From positions 32,001 to 96,000 of the forward strand of contig JBDKTL010000016.1 in assembly GCA_039698055.1 (NCBI GenBank): 64,000 nt of DNA. The letters run 5' to 3'. Position 1 is the first letter of the stretch; each line of letters begins with the position of its first letter. Below are positions 40,707 to 51,284 of the stretch, in pieces. The notes under the pieces were generated by a model. That model was not told the origin of the DNA. It did not search any database and was given only the letters and a program-made list of their open reading frames with translations. The translations under genes were made by a program, and so were the position numbers. The stretch is from Methanoregula sp. Its GTDB lineage: Archaea > Halobacteriota > Methanomicrobia > Methanomicrobiales > Methanospirillaceae.

Positions 40707-41576
40707 CTATTTTCTCTCTTTCAGGTGCCTCAGTTCTTCAAGCGATGCACCCGGATATTTTTTCAGGTAATCTGCAACCTCCGGCTCGTGCACCAGCGTG
40801 CACCGGGCGCAGTTCCAGACCTGCCCGTGGTTTGAACTCGTTGTCCAGTCCCCGAGACGTTCGTCCCCGCACGGGTAGAACGGGCAGTAGCAGAAGTCAC
40901 ACCGCTGCCCCTCAAAATGGCAGGGATAATAGGGACAGTTCTCCGGTGTCCACTCAACCCAGTGCTCACCATTGAACCGGCTGTAGATGAAAAACGCCGG
41001 CCGTGTAACCCCTCCGGGATTTTTCGAGCGGGAAAGCGCTTCCGGCACACCTTTCTGCACCGTGAAAAACACCCTCTCGCGGATGCCGGCGATCCGTTCC
41101 GCCGACATCTGGTGAACCTCCCCTTCGCATGCAGTGATGATGGCATTTGTAGTCGGGCCGGGGATATCGTGTCCCGATGCAAGCAGCGCCCGGGTTTTCG
41201 CCTCCGTGGCGACCATGATCATTTCGAGCAGGGTCGAATCTGCCATGCCCTCGCTACTGTACACGATAATGTTTACCATCCCGGTATCCGGTACCGTTTC
41301 GGTTCCAGCCGTCACAAACACCGTAATAAAGTCATACTGAAGCACACAGAGGCTTGTGATCGGGACGGCGGTCAGTACTCCGAAAAATTCCCTGCTGATC
41401 CCGGATCCTGCGGCAACCCGCTCCAGCTCTTTTACCGGATCGCTCCAACTTGTATTTGTTTTCACCATATGGTTCAGGAGAGTTGAGACACTCATGATCC
41501 CCCCGCCGCTACCTGTACTGGCGGCGCGGAACGCCCCGTGGATGAAAAGAGTCGTGGCATCGAGATAGTAGCGCAT
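40707..41576 (-). CDS. CbiZ-like adenosylcobinamide amidohydrolase domain plus cysteine-rich domain
   Basis: GVLTAV, VFVTAG, VNIIV..ATEAK; C-terminal CPYYPCH..CDFCYCPFYPC..WNCARC. Confidence 0.75.
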   Translation of the reverse strand: MRYYLDATTLFIHGAFRAASTGSGGGIMSVSTLLNHMVKTNTSWSDPVKELERVAAGSGISREFFGVLTAVPITSLCVLQYDFITVFVTAGTETVPDTGMVNIIVYSSEGMADSTLLEMIMVATEAKTRALLASGHDIPGPTTNAIITACEGEVHQMSAERIAGIRERVFFTVQKGVPEALSRSKNPGGVTRPAFFIYSRFNGEHWVEWTPENCPYYPCHFEGQRCDFCYCPFYPCGDERLGDWTTSSNHGQVWNCARCTLVHEPEVADYLKKYPGASLEELRHLKERK

Positions 41577-41752
41577 ACGGCAATCGACCTGATACTTGTG
41601 ATATTTGCGCACATCCGATAGTAAGATTTTGATACCTATGCCCGTAACAGGGACGAGCCTTAGATATGACACTACCCCGGGGCCACGCAAAGAAATGGTA
41701 CGGTGCCCGAGAGACGCGAATCGTGGCGACGAAAAAAAATGATAAAATGATA

Positions 41753-42115
41753 TTATGCAACCGAGTATCGCCTGCGGTCTTTTAATTCCTGCTGTTTGCC
41801 GGCATTCCAGCCGGAAACATCCTGCAGGTAACCGGTAACCCTGCTGATTTGGACGACGTCGTGCGAACCGCATTCAGGGCAGACTGGTTTGCCGCAGAGG
41901 GGACAGTACTCGATTCCCGAGGTCATTTCATGGGTGCAGTGACAGCTGTCGAGCGGGCACATGATCTCCAGATGAGTCTCGCCACAGTTGGGGCATGGGT
42001 CTTCATCAACGATAAGGTGACAGGTATGGCACTTGTATTGTCGTTCGTTTTTGGGGATATCTTCAAGTTTTTTGTATTTTTTGGCTATTTCCGCTTGTTC
42101 GTTGCTCCAATCCAT
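41753..42115 (-). CDS. small NrdD C-terminal-like protein (Zn ribbons plus glycyl-radical motif)
   Basis: Multiple CxxC; ISRVTGYL..WNAGKQQELKDR. Confidence 0.85.
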   Translation of the reverse strand: MDWSNEQAEIAKKYKKLEDIPKNERQYKCHTCHLIVDEDPCPNCGETHLEIMCPLDSCHCTHEMTSGIEYCPLCGKPVCPECGSHDVVQISRVTGYLQDVSGWNAGKQQELKDRRRYSVA

Positions 42116-42230
42116 ACAACTACATCGCAACACTCCTTAATAAATATTTAGACGATGCAGGTTGGGGGGTCTGGCAATTCGTGGATATCCTGCCGTGCAT
42201 CGCGGTATCGGATAATAAAATGAAGCGGGT

Positions 42231-42881
42231 TTAATACGCGGGATGAATTTTCCTGACGTGGGCATACGCTTGTGCCGCCTTGGCCGGATCTGCGGCATCA
42301 TAGATGGAGCGCCCGACAATTATGCCGTCCACCAGCGAGGCAACCGCGTCCGCATCCCCGCCCTGCGCTCCGATTCCCGGCGAAAGGATCTTATGACGCC
42401 CGACAAAACCCCGCAGGACTTTTACCCGGTCCGGGCGGGTGGCGGGGGCAATAATCCCGTCGGCACCCGCAATCATCGCATCGGATGCGATCTGTTCTGC
42501 CACACCCCCGGAAAAGAACTCTTTTCCCCCGGGGTGGCTCATCTCCGCGACTACGTAGCAGGCGCCTTTATGCTGTTGGGCAATTTCAACGCATGCTTTC
42601 ATGGAGTCCATGCCGACAAAACCGTGGCAGATAACCGCAGCGCATCCCGCGTCAAACACCCGTTCACAGATCAGCTCGTTGGTATTTGGGATATCGGCGA
42701 CTTTGAAATCGGCGATGATCGGGAGTTTTTCTTCTGCGAGATCCTGTACGATGGATAACCCACAGGAAAGGACAAGCGGGTAGCCGATCTTTATCACATC
42801 GATGTAGGGAGCGCACGCATGCGCGATCCCGCGTGCCTTTTTCCTGTCGGAAACGTCCAGTGCGAGAATCAGGTCAGCCAT
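42231..42881 (-). CDS. pyrF: orotidine-5'-phosphate decarboxylase
   Basis: LALD, DFKVADIPNT, MSHPG, SPGIGAQGG, VGRSIY. Confidence 0.96.
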   Translation of the reverse strand: MADLILALDVSDRKKARGIAHACAPYIDVIKIGYPLVLSCGLSIVQDLAEEKLPIIADFKVADIPNTNELICERVFDAGCAAVICHGFVGMDSMKACVEIAQQHKGACYVVAEMSHPGGKEFFSGGVAEQIASDAMIAGADGIIAPATRPDRVKVLRGFVGRHKILSPGIGAQGGDADAVASLVDGIIVGRSIYDAADPAKAAQAYAHVRKIHPAY

Positions 42882-43812
42882 GGTGTAACCGCTCCATCAC
42901 CGCGGCGACCAGAACCGGCAGGGTAATGGTCGCGTCACCGTACACGGTCACGGCCTGCGCCTCCTCCGTAATCTTTCCCCACGAGCGGGCTTCATCAAGT
43001 GTCGCACCCGAGAGGCCGCCGAGGTCCGGCCGGTCTCCTGTCAGCTGGACCGCATAATCAAAACCGTTGGGGGTCATGAGCATACTCTGGAGGATGAAGT
43101 TTTTCGGGACTCCCCCTCCGACAAGCATAGCCCCGGCTTTCTTTGTCGAGAAACAGGTGTCCATGAGTGCCGGCATGTCCGCAAACGCGTCCACCGTCAC
43201 CTTATTGGTCTGGGAAAAGAGCCAGTACTGGAGCCCGACCATGGAGTCCTGCACTGCGGGGCAGTAGATGGGGACCTCGTTTTTTGCCGCGGCATGAAGT
43301 ATGCCGGATTTGAGGTTTGAGCCGATATGGCGGAGGAGCCCGGAGATGGAGATTTTGCTTTCAGGTTCGAGTTTCCCGTATACGTCCTGCATGAACTCCT
43401 CGAAATGCTCGAACGCTTCGTTGGGAAGATAAACATCGTAAATCCGGTTGATCTCATCGTGCCGGAGCTCGATATCGTTGCAGAACGCGGTGCCGTGGAA
43501 GTGCCGGCACCCGATCGCTTCAATGATATCGTGCGTAAGGTTTGCACCGGTTGAAACGAGGATGTCGATATGGCCTTGCCTGATCAGGTCAGAAACAATC
43601 CCGCCCATGCCGGCCGGCACCATAGCGCCGGCAAGACCGAAGAATTTTGTTGCCTTTTCGTCCCGCAGCATATGCTCGTAAATATTTGCTGCATGATACA
43701 GTGAGCCCCCGTTGTATGCCCCGGCTTTTCCCATCGCGTTGACCAGTTCGTTGACCGTCATGCCCGGTTGTATGTGCATCTGGGTGACCGGTTCATCGCA
43801 TTGTTTTGCCAA
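42874..43812 (-). CDS. dys: deoxyhypusine synthase
   Basis: STGANLTHD, GGGVPKN, GGLSGATLDEARSWGK, GDATI; TTG start after GGGAGG. Confidence 0.95.
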   Translation of the reverse strand: MAKQCDEPVTQMHIQPGMTVNELVNAMGKAGAYNGGSLYHAANIYEHMLRDEKATKFFGLAGAMVPAGMGGIVSDLIRQGHIDILVSTGANLTHDIIEAIGCRHFHGTAFCNDIELRHDEINRIYDVYLPNEAFEHFEEFMQDVYGKLEPESKISISGLLRHIGSNLKSGILHAAAKNEVPIYCPAVQDSMVGLQYWLFSQTNKVTVDAFADMPALMDTCFSTKKAGAMLVGGGVPKNFILQSMLMTPNGFDYAVQLTGDRPDLGGLSGATLDEARSWGKITEEAQAVTVYGDATITLPVLVAAVMERLHHG

Positions 43813-43989
43813 AAGACTCCCTCCCGGTTTGTTGTAAGACATTTGTTTTTTGGGCTGATAACTGTGCGTCAGGCAGGCTGTCCTGGTATCTTCGTGCCGG
43901 TTTCCCAATCAACCGGACTGCAATAACCGTTCGGGGAAGCATTCATATAAACACACACATACATTCCCCTCTAACGGGAACTGGTACAT

Positions 43990-45438
43990 ATGAGTGAAAT
44001 GTCTGCACCTCAGAAAATGTCGCCAAAAGATCTGATGATCGTCATCGTTGTCGCGCTGGGATCGTTCATGGCCGGCCTTGATGCGACGATTGTGAATATT
44101 GCCCTTCCCGCGATTGCAAAATCCTTTGATGTATCCACCGTTGCCGTCTCCTGGGTGCTCAACGCGTACCTGATTGTCCTTGTCAGTCTCCTGCTCGCGG
44201 CATCGCGTCTTGGGGACATGAAAGGGTACCGGAACGTGTTCCTCGGCGGCTTTGCACTTTTTACCACGGGCTCCCTGCTCTGCGGGCTCTCGCCAACCCT
44301 TGATATTCTCATTTTATCCCGGATGGTGCAGGCTGTGGGTGGTGCCGTCATCTCCGCGTTAGGGGCCGTCATGGTCACCTCGTACCTTTCTGCATCCCTG
44401 CGGGGACAGGCGCTGGGTATCGTCGCTATGTTCACGATGCTCGGGGCAGCACTAGGTCCGGTTGTCGGCGGGTTTTTGACCAGTGTATTTTCCTGGCAGT
44501 ACATTTTCTTTGTGAACATTCCGGTTGGGATCATTGCGATCTTCCTTGGCATGCACATTATCCCGCGCCTTGCCCCGGTCTCACCTTCGGCAAAGATGGA
44601 TCATGGTGGAATTGTTCTGGTATTCGTGGCTCTTGGCACCCTGATCTTCGGCCTGACGACACTTCAGGGAACACAGCCGGTGATGGGAATCGCTGCTCTT
44701 GTGATCTCTACGATCTTCTGGATCCTGTTCTACGTGCAGGAACGGCGTAACGGGGAACCGCTTGTCAATATCTCCCTGTTTTCCAACCGGGCATATTCTC
44801 TTCAGAACGTGTGTGTCCTGCTCATCCAGATGGCGATGAGCGGCGTCATGGTTATCATGCCGTTCTATCTCGAAATTGTCAAAAAGATCCCGATTGACAA
44901 CGCGGGCACGATCCTGCTGGCGCTTCCCGTTGGTATGATTGTCACCGCCCCCATTGCCGGGAAAATCTCGGACGTGATCGGGACAAAGAAACCCATCATC
45001 ACCGGTTTTGTACTATGTGCAGTTGCGCTGTTCTTTTTCTCGACGATTTCTGCTGATACGAGCATCGGACATGTCTGTATCTACCTTCTCCTGCTCGGGG
45101 CAGGCACCGGTATTGCATTCTCGCCCCTGAACAGTGCCGTGATGGGCGAATGCCCGGCAAAAGATCGTGGGTCGACAAGCGGGCTTGTGAAGGTGATGAC
45201 AAATCTCGGGTCATCGCTTGGTGTCGCAACCGTCATGCTCGTTGCCATGATAGCAGCCGGGCCAAAACTTGCCGAGTATTCCGCCCATTCGATTGCTTCA
45301 GCAGAACTCGCGGGTGCGTTTGATGCGACGTTCCTGTTCTGCATGGTGCTTGAGATTATCGGGATCGTGCTGATGCTTGTGGTGAAAGAAAAAGAGCCAT
45401 CGGACGAGTGTGGCGGCGAAGTGGGGATTGGGTTTTAG
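43990..45438 (+). CDS. MFS DHA2 (EmrB/QacA-like) transporter
   Basis: LDATIVNIALP, WQYIFFVNIPVG, about 14 hydrophobic segments. Confidence 0.92.
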   Translation: MSEMSAPQKMSPKDLMIVIVVALGSFMAGLDATIVNIALPAIAKSFDVSTVAVSWVLNAYLIVLVSLLLAASRLGDMKGYRNVFLGGFALFTTGSLLCGLSPTLDILILSRMVQAVGGAVISALGAVMVTSYLSASLRGQALGIVAMFTMLGAALGPVVGGFLTSVFSWQYIFFVNIPVGIIAIFLGMHIIPRLAPVSPSAKMDHGGIVLVFVALGTLIFGLTTLQGTQPVMGIAALVISTIFWILFYVQERRNGEPLVNISLFSNRAYSLQNVCVLLIQMAMSGVMVIMPFYLEIVKKIPIDNAGTILLALPVGMIVTAPIAGKISDVIGTKKPIITGFVLCAVALFFFSTISADTSIGHVCIYLLLLGAGTGIAFSPLNSAVMGECPAKDRGSTSGLVKVMTNLGSSLGVATVMLVAMIAAGPKLAEYSAHSIASAELAGAFDATFLFCMVLEIIGIVLMLVVKEKEPSDECGGEVGIGF

Positions 45439-45558
45439 TACACCGCAAAACGGCAACTCCTTCTTTTTGCCATTTGTAAAGGAACAGGCTTTAAAAAAAA
45501 ATCGAAAGATAGATGGTGGAACGCCCGCGTATCTATCATACAAGAGGCATCTTTTGTC

Positions 45559-48500
45559 ATGCCGGCACCGCAACCGATTATCGATCTTATCCAACGCTAC
45601 GAGTTCAATCGCCCGGTCTATCACAAGGGGCAGAAGAACGAGACAGAACTGCGGCGGGAATTTCTTGATCCGTTCTTCCGTGCGCTTGGGTGGGACGTGG
45701 ATAATAACAAGGGCTGGTCGGAGGCGTACAAGGAAGTCGCCCACGAAGACCCGATCCGTATCCGGGGCCAGACAAAATTCATTGATTACTCATTTCGGGT
45801 GGGCGGGGCCCGCAAGTTCATCTGCGAGGCCAAGAAACCGGCTGTTGCCCTCAAAGACGATCTGGATGCAGCGCTCCAGTTGCGCAGGTACGCATGGAAT
45901 GCCGGCTTAAAACTTTCAATCCTGACAAACTTCGAGGAGTTCGCGGTCTACGACTGCAATGTTCCCCTTCGTAGCGACGATACGGCGGCAACAGCACGGA
46001 TTGCCTATTTTCCCTATACCGAATATGAAAACCGGTGGGACCGGATCGCTTCGGTCTTTTCCCCGGAGGGCATCCAGAAAGGCTCGTACGACAAGTACGT
46101 AGCAACAAACGGCGAGAAGCACGGGACCGCCGGTGTCGATGAGAAATTTCTGGAGGATATCGAGAACTGGCGGCTGCTGCTTGCCCGCAATATCGCGCTG
46201 CGGAATATCGGGCTCTCACAGGAAGAGGTGAACACAGCAGTCCAGCTGATCATCGACCGGATTATTTTCCTGCGAATCTGCGAGGACCGGGGGATTGAGC
46301 ACTACGAGACCCTGCATGCCCTGTCTCATGATCCGGGTGTCTATGCCCACCTCTGTGACCTGTTTTGTCTTGCGGATGACAAGTACAACTCCGGGCTTTT
46401 CCATTTCGCGGATGAAGTCGGGCTCGACGAGATGCCGGATACGCTTACGCCAAAACTCGTTATTGACGATGCGGTCTTAAAGACGATCATTAACCGGCTC
46501 TACTACCCGGAGAGCCCGTACGAGTTCTCGGTGATCCCCGCTGAGATCCTCGGGCAGGTGTATGAGCAATTCCTCGGGAAAGTGATCAGGCTCACCGCAG
46601 CGCACCGGGCTGATGTGGAGGACAAGCCGGAGGTACGCAAGGCCGGGGGGGTCTTTTACACGCCCGCGTATATCGTGGACTATATCGTGAAAAAGACCGT
46701 GGGCGAACTGGTGAAGGGAAAAACTCCCCGCGAGGTGGCAAAACTCACCGTTGTCGATCCCGCGTGCGGCTCTGGTTCGTTCCTGCTCGGGACGTACCAG
46801 TTCCTGCTTGACTGGCACCGAGACTGGTACATCGGGCATCTTGTGCCGGTAATTGCAGACCATCCGGTAACCTCTCCGGAAGTCCGGGCGCTCCTGCCGG
46901 ACCCTGTTGTTCCGGGGAAGGCGGCAAAGAAAGAAGGTGCGTACGAACTGCCGATCTACAAGGCCGGGACCGATCACTCCTCAAAGATGCGGAGCGACTG
47001 GCGGCTGACGACCGCGGAGCGCAAACGCATCCTCTTAAACAATATCTACGGTGTGGACATCGACACGCAGGCTGTTGAGGTGACGAAACTCTCGCTTCTC
47101 TTGAAAGTTCTTGAAGAGGAGAGCGAGGAGAATGTCTCAAAGCAGCTGAAACTTTTTGCTGAACGGGCGTTGCCCTCCCTGCATCACAATATCCGGTGCG
47201 GGAACTCGCTCGTTGCTCCGGATTACTTCGATCTCAAACAGGCGCACCCGTTCAACATGGAGGAGCAAAAGCGGATCAATGCGTTTGACTGGCAGGTCGG
47301 GTTCCCGCAGGTGATGAAGGCGGGCGGATTCGATGCGGTGATCGGCAACCCCCCATACGTCCGGCAGGAATCGCTCAAAGACCAGAAGGAGTATTACCAG
47401 TCCCGCTACGCAGTCTACCAGGGCACAGCCGATCTGTACGCGTACTTCATCGAGAAAGGAATTTCGCTTTTGTGCCCCGGGGGAATCTTCTCGTACATCG
47501 TGGCGAATAAATGGATGCGGGCGAACTATGGCAAGCCGCTCCGCAAGTTCCTCCTGACAAAACAGATCGAGGAGATCGTGGACTTCGGCGATCTGCCGGT
47601 CTTTAAAACCGCGACCACGTACCCGTGTATCATCCGGGTCAGGAATGCAAAACCGGCAAAGGAGATCTGCATCTCAAAGGTGGAGACGCTCGACTTCCCA
47701 AACCTTGCGGATTACGTGCAGCAGCACCGGCACCCGATTGAGCAGGCTACGCTCACGGACGGCGGCTGGACGCTTGGCGACAAACGGACGGAACTGCTGC
47801 TGAAGAAGTTGCAGAGTGTGGGGACGCCACTGGAAGAGTACGTGATGGGTGCGGTATACCGGGGGATTGTCACAGGGTTCAATGACGCTTTTGTGATTGA
47901 TGAAAAAATCAAACAAAAATTAATACAAGAAGATCCGAAAAGTGCAGAGGTCATTAAATCTTACATTGTAGGAAAAGATGTTCATAGATACGAACCCCAA
48001 AAACAAGGAAAATACATTATTTACATTCCTTGGCATTTTCCGTTACATATGGATCCAACTATTACTGGAGCCTCTAAAAAATCTGAATTTGAGTTTAAAA
48101 AGCAATATCCAGCAATTTATAACCATCTTCTTCAATACAAATCTCAATTAGAGAAACGTAATGCAACTGAAACGGGGATTCGATATGAATGGTATGCACT
48201 TCAACGATATGGATCTAAATACTTCACAGAATTTAACAAACCAAAAATTGTGTATTTAGTTTTTCAAGTCAAACCAGCCTTTACATTCGATGCTGAGGGA
48301 GCATTTTATTTGAATAATGCGGTTTGGATGATCCCTAAACCTGATCTTTTTTTATTAGGAATACTAAATTCCAAACTTGGTTGGCTTTTGATCTCAAATT
48401 ATTGTACACAAATCCAAAATGGTTTTCAATTAATTTTCGACTATCTCGGTAAAATTCCCATCTACGTCCCCGACTTCGACAAGCTCGCAGACAAGACCCG

Positions 48501-48699
48501 GCACGACAAGATGGTTGCGCTCGTCACCCAGATATTGGAACTGAACCGCTACCTCCCGCAGGCAAAGACTGACCAGGAGCGGCGGTTGGTACAGCAGGAC
48601 ATCGATGCGACAGATGTCCGGATCGATGCGTTGGTGTATGATCTGTATGGACTGACGAATGAGGAGATAGCGCTAGTGGAAGGGGGCATAGTGAAATAA
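45559..48699 (+). CDS. type IIG restriction-modification enzyme (Eco57I/TaqI-like fused REase-MTase-TRD)
   Basis: IDY..CEAKK nuclease, GVFYTP, DPACGSGSFL, IGNPPY (m6A MTase), C-terminal KPKIV and VYDLYGLT.EEI. Confidence 0.93.
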   Translation: MPAPQPIIDLIQRYEFNRPVYHKGQKNETELRREFLDPFFRALGWDVDNNKGWSEAYKEVAHEDPIRIRGQTKFIDYSFRVGGARKFICEAKKPAVALKDDLDAALQLRRYAWNAGLKLSILTNFEEFAVYDCNVPLRSDDTAATARIAYFPYTEYENRWDRIASVFSPEGIQKGSYDKYVATNGEKHGTAGVDEKFLEDIENWRLLLARNIALRNIGLSQEEVNTAVQLIIDRIIFLRICEDRGIEHYETLHALSHDPGVYAHLCDLFCLADDKYNSGLFHFADEVGLDEMPDTLTPKLVIDDAVLKTIINRLYYPESPYEFSVIPAEILGQVYEQFLGKVIRLTAAHRADVEDKPEVRKAGGVFYTPAYIVDYIVKKTVGELVKGKTPREVAKLTVVDPACGSGSFLLGTYQFLLDWHRDWYIGHLVPVIADHPVTSPEVRALLPDPVVPGKAAKKEGAYELPIYKAGTDHSSKMRSDWRLTTAERKRILLNNIYGVDIDTQAVEVTKLSLLLKVLEEESEENVSKQLKLFAERALPSLHHNIRCGNSLVAPDYFDLKQAHPFNMEEQKRINAFDWQVGFPQVMKAGGFDAVIGNPPYVRQESLKDQKEYYQSRYAVYQGTADLYAYFIEKGISLLCPGGIFSYIVANKWMRANYGKPLRKFLLTKQIEEIVDFGDLPVFKTATTYPCIIRVRNAKPAKEICISKVETLDFPNLADYVQQHRHPIEQATLTDGGWTLGDKRTELLLKKLQSVGTPLEEYVMGAVYRGIVTGFNDAFVIDEKIKQKLIQEDPKSAEVIKSYIVGKDVHRYEPQKQGKYIIYIPWHFPLHMDPTITGASKKSEFEFKKQYPAIYNHLLQYKSQLEKRNATETGIRYEWYALQRYGSKYFTEFNKPKIVYLVFQVKPAFTFDAEGAFYLNNAVWMIPKPDLFLLGILNSKLGWLLISNYCTQIQNGFQLIFDYLGKIPIYVPDFDKLADKTRHDKMVALVTQILELNRYLPQAKTDQERRLVQQDIDATDVRIDALVYDLYGLTNEEIALVEGGIVK
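48490..48680 (+). repeat. direct repeat copy 1 (3' end of the type IIG gene)
   Basis: Highly similar to 50218-50410. Confidence 0.9.
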
Positions 48700-48753
48700 C
48701 ACATTCACACCACACGCCACTTTTTTATAATTATCAGAATACGATCGCTCTTT

Positions 48754-48894
48754 ATGCCATACACTTGTGGCGAAAAGCCAGGAAAAGGAACGTATCGCTG
48801 TCGAAAAGATGGGGAAATTATCAGGTTGGATCAGGACTCTGATGTTTTACCGCCTTGTCCCAGATGTGCAGCATGCAGCTGGGATAAAATATAA
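48754..48894 (+). CDS. 46-aa zinc-ribbon-like protein, absent from the ORF track
   Basis: MPYTCGEKPGKGTYRCRKDGEIIRLDQDSDVLPPCPRCAACSWDKI. Confidence 0.7.
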   Translation: MPYTCGEKPGKGTYRCRKDGEIIRLDQDSDVLPPCPRCAACSWDKI

Positions 48895-48992
48895 CTTTTT
48901 AAGAGGATTGTTCATCATTCCTTATGAGATTAAATAACGAATTATACTTCACAATCTTTAATTCATCGCAAACAAAGCATCAACATAAGGCC

Positions 48993-49439
48993 ATGGTAGA
49001 TATTGAAATTCCCTAGGATGAGGCAGACGCACTCATACAAATGCAAAAGTACCGGATAAATGACGATACTTGGCATTTTCCTGGCAGGGGGCGCTCCATT
49101 AACGTCCCATTACAATCGGAAGACAAGCGAAATAATTTCATATTGGATCTCTGGCGGAGCAGGCTGGAACTGAATAAAGTTACGTACCAGAACCGGGCAC
49201 ACCAAATGATAATTCTGGTCAGACTGGACTTAACCGGCAAACCGCACAAAAATCCTGACGATGAAATACTTACCGGGCCGCACATTCATCTATATCAAGA
49301 AGGATATGCTGACAAATGGGCATATTCTGTCCCATCCGATTCGTTTTCGGATCTTTCCGATCAATGGCAGACATTGAAAGACTTCATGACGTATTGTAAT
49401 ATTGTAAAAGGGCCAAACATAATTGCGGGAATTGAGTAA
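48993..49439 (+). CDS. DUF6978-like protein with in-frame TAG at codon 8 (or short form from 49041)
   Basis: [18 protein letters not shown]...LVRLD..HKNPD...PHIHLY.EGY.DKWA. Confidence 0.7.
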
Positions 49440-50203
49440 TGATCAGCGACATCCAGCGATTGGTTAACGGATATCTTCAATGGCTTAACGAATCGATCAG
49501 CCTGCGCCAGGTTGATGAATGGGTCGAAATTACTACACCATTCCTGGACCGGCATAACGATTATCTTCAGATCTATGTCAGGAAGGAAAATGGCGGGTAT
49601 GTTCTGACAGATGATGGATATATTCTGGAAGATCTGAAAATGTCAGGATGCAAAATTGATACAGACAAGAGGCAGGCGCTCTTGTTAACGACACTCAAGG
49701 GTTTTGGTGTGCAGAATGATCGGGGTGTCCTGACAATAAAAACAACAGAAAAATCATTCCCCCAGAAAAAACACAACATCTTACAGGCAATGCTTGCGGT
49801 CAATGATCTGTTCTATCTTTCTGAACCAATTATTGCAAGTTTATTCTATGAAGATGTAGTTGCATGGTTAGATGAAACCGAGATCCGGTATTCTCCCAAG
49901 GTAAAATTCACCGGCAAATCTGGTTATGATCACCTTTTTGATTTTGTTATTCCGAAATCCAGACAGGAACCCGAAAGAATTCTACAGACAATAAATAATC
50001 CGAACAGGGCGCAGGCAGAAATGCTATCTTTCTCATGGATTGATACAAAAGATGTCCGTGCTCCTGATTCCAAAGCATATGCAATCCTCAATGATAAGGA
50101 ACGTCGCATTCCGGAAGAAGTTCCAACAGCTCTGGAAAATTACGGAGTCCTCCCTCTCAAATGGAGCAAGCGCGAACAGTATATTCCTGAATTAATCGCG
50201 TAA
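49439..50203 (+). CDS. DUF1828/DUF1829-family protein
   Basis: [32 protein letters not shown]. Confidence 0.85.
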   Translation: MISDIQRLVNGYLQWLNESISLRQVDEWVEITTPFLDRHNDYLQIYVRKENGGYVLTDDGYILEDLKMSGCKIDTDKRQALLLTTLKGFGVQNDRGVLTIKTTEKSFPQKKHNILQAMLAVNDLFYLSEPIIASLFYEDVVAWLDETEIRYSPKVKFTGKSGYDHLFDFVIPKSRQEPERILQTINNPNRAQAEMLSFSWIDTKDVRAPDSKAYAILNDKERRIPEEVPTALENYGVLPLKWSKREQYIPELIA

Positions 50204-50217
50204 ATACGACTAAATCT

Positions 50218-50425
50218 GACAAAGACCCGGCACGACAAGATGGTTGCACTGGTCACCCACATTTTGGAACTGAACCACTACCTCCCGCAGGCAAAGACCG
50301 ATCAGGAGCGGCGGTTGGTACAGCAGGACATCGATGCGACGGATGTCCGGATCGATGCGCTGGTGTATGATCTCTACGGTCTGACCGCGGAAGAGATCGA
50401 GCTCGTTGAATCGGCTACACGCTGA
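50218..50425 (+). pseudogene. orphan duplicate of the type IIG gene 3' end (direct repeat copy 2)
   Basis: KTRHDKMVALVTHILELNHYLPQAKTDQERRLVQQDIDATDVRIDALVYDLYGLTAEEI. Confidence 0.88.
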
Positions 50426-50645
50426 ACGGCAGAATAGTATAACCAGATCCGCCACGTGCCCGATGAGCATTCCCCCTTTCATAACTGTGTTTCCAATCCA
50501 GAATTTTTCCATTTTAAAAATTTACCAAAAATTTATCTTTCCAAAAATTCTATTGATTTACCTGGATATGAGCGGGTGGTAGCACATGAGATCGAAAAAG
50601 AACCTGTCCGGGAAATCCACGCAGAACTCTGGCGTCAATGAACCC

Positions 50646-50888
50646 ATGGCGGATTACCATTCAGGCACCGGACCCATCATCGCGGTGGACCCAACCGGCA
50701 GGATGGTACTTCCCAAAAAAATCCGGGATCACTTTGCGGTAAACAAGTTTGAGGTCCGGGCGACAAAAGGGCATATCGAGTTGATCCCGGTCAAGCCGCT
50801 TCGTTCACTGCTGGGGGCGCTTCCCGATCTTGATCTGGAGAATATGTATCGGGAGCATGACCGGGAAGTCGATGAGGAGGATGCATAA
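50646..50888 (+). CDS. AbrB/MazE-type antitoxin
   Basis: VDPTGRMVLPKKIRD; immediately upstream of a PIN gene. Confidence 0.85.
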   Translation: MADYHSGTGPIIAVDPTGRMVLPKKIRDHFAVNKFEVRATKGHIELIPVKPLRSLLGALPDLDLENMYREHDREVDEEDA

Positions 50889-51284
50889 GTGACCGGCACC
50901 GGCCTCCTTGTAGACACGTTCACGTGGATTGAAATTTTCAAAGACACAGCTTGGGGAAACCATGCGATGAAATACATAGAAAAACACTCCCCGGTTTTTA
51001 TTTCCGTACTGACGCTGTATGAGTTACAATGCCGTCTTCTGGAAATGTACGGCGATGAAAAAACTTCCTCGCTCCTTGAAACGATTCTCGTGCATACGGA
51101 CGCGATACCGGTTGACAACCTGATCGCAGTTCGTGCCGGATCAATAAATGCTGAACAAAAACGAGCGAACAGCAAAATGGGCGCAGTCGATTGCATGATC
51201 CTTGCAACTGCACAGATCCACCACCTGGGCCTCCTCGCCGGCGACAAGCATTTTTATGGACTTGAAGAATCCGTCATTATCTGA
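50889..51284 (+). CDS. vapC: VapC PIN-domain toxin
   Basis: LVDTFTWI, TLYE, DCMILATA, GDKHF. Confidence 0.9.
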   Translation: MTGTGLLVDTFTWIEIFKDTAWGNHAMKYIEKHSPVFISVLTLYELQCRLLEMYGDEKTSSLLETILVHTDAIPVDNLIAVRAGSINAEQKRANSKMGAVDCMILATAQIHHLGLLAGDKHFYGLEESVII

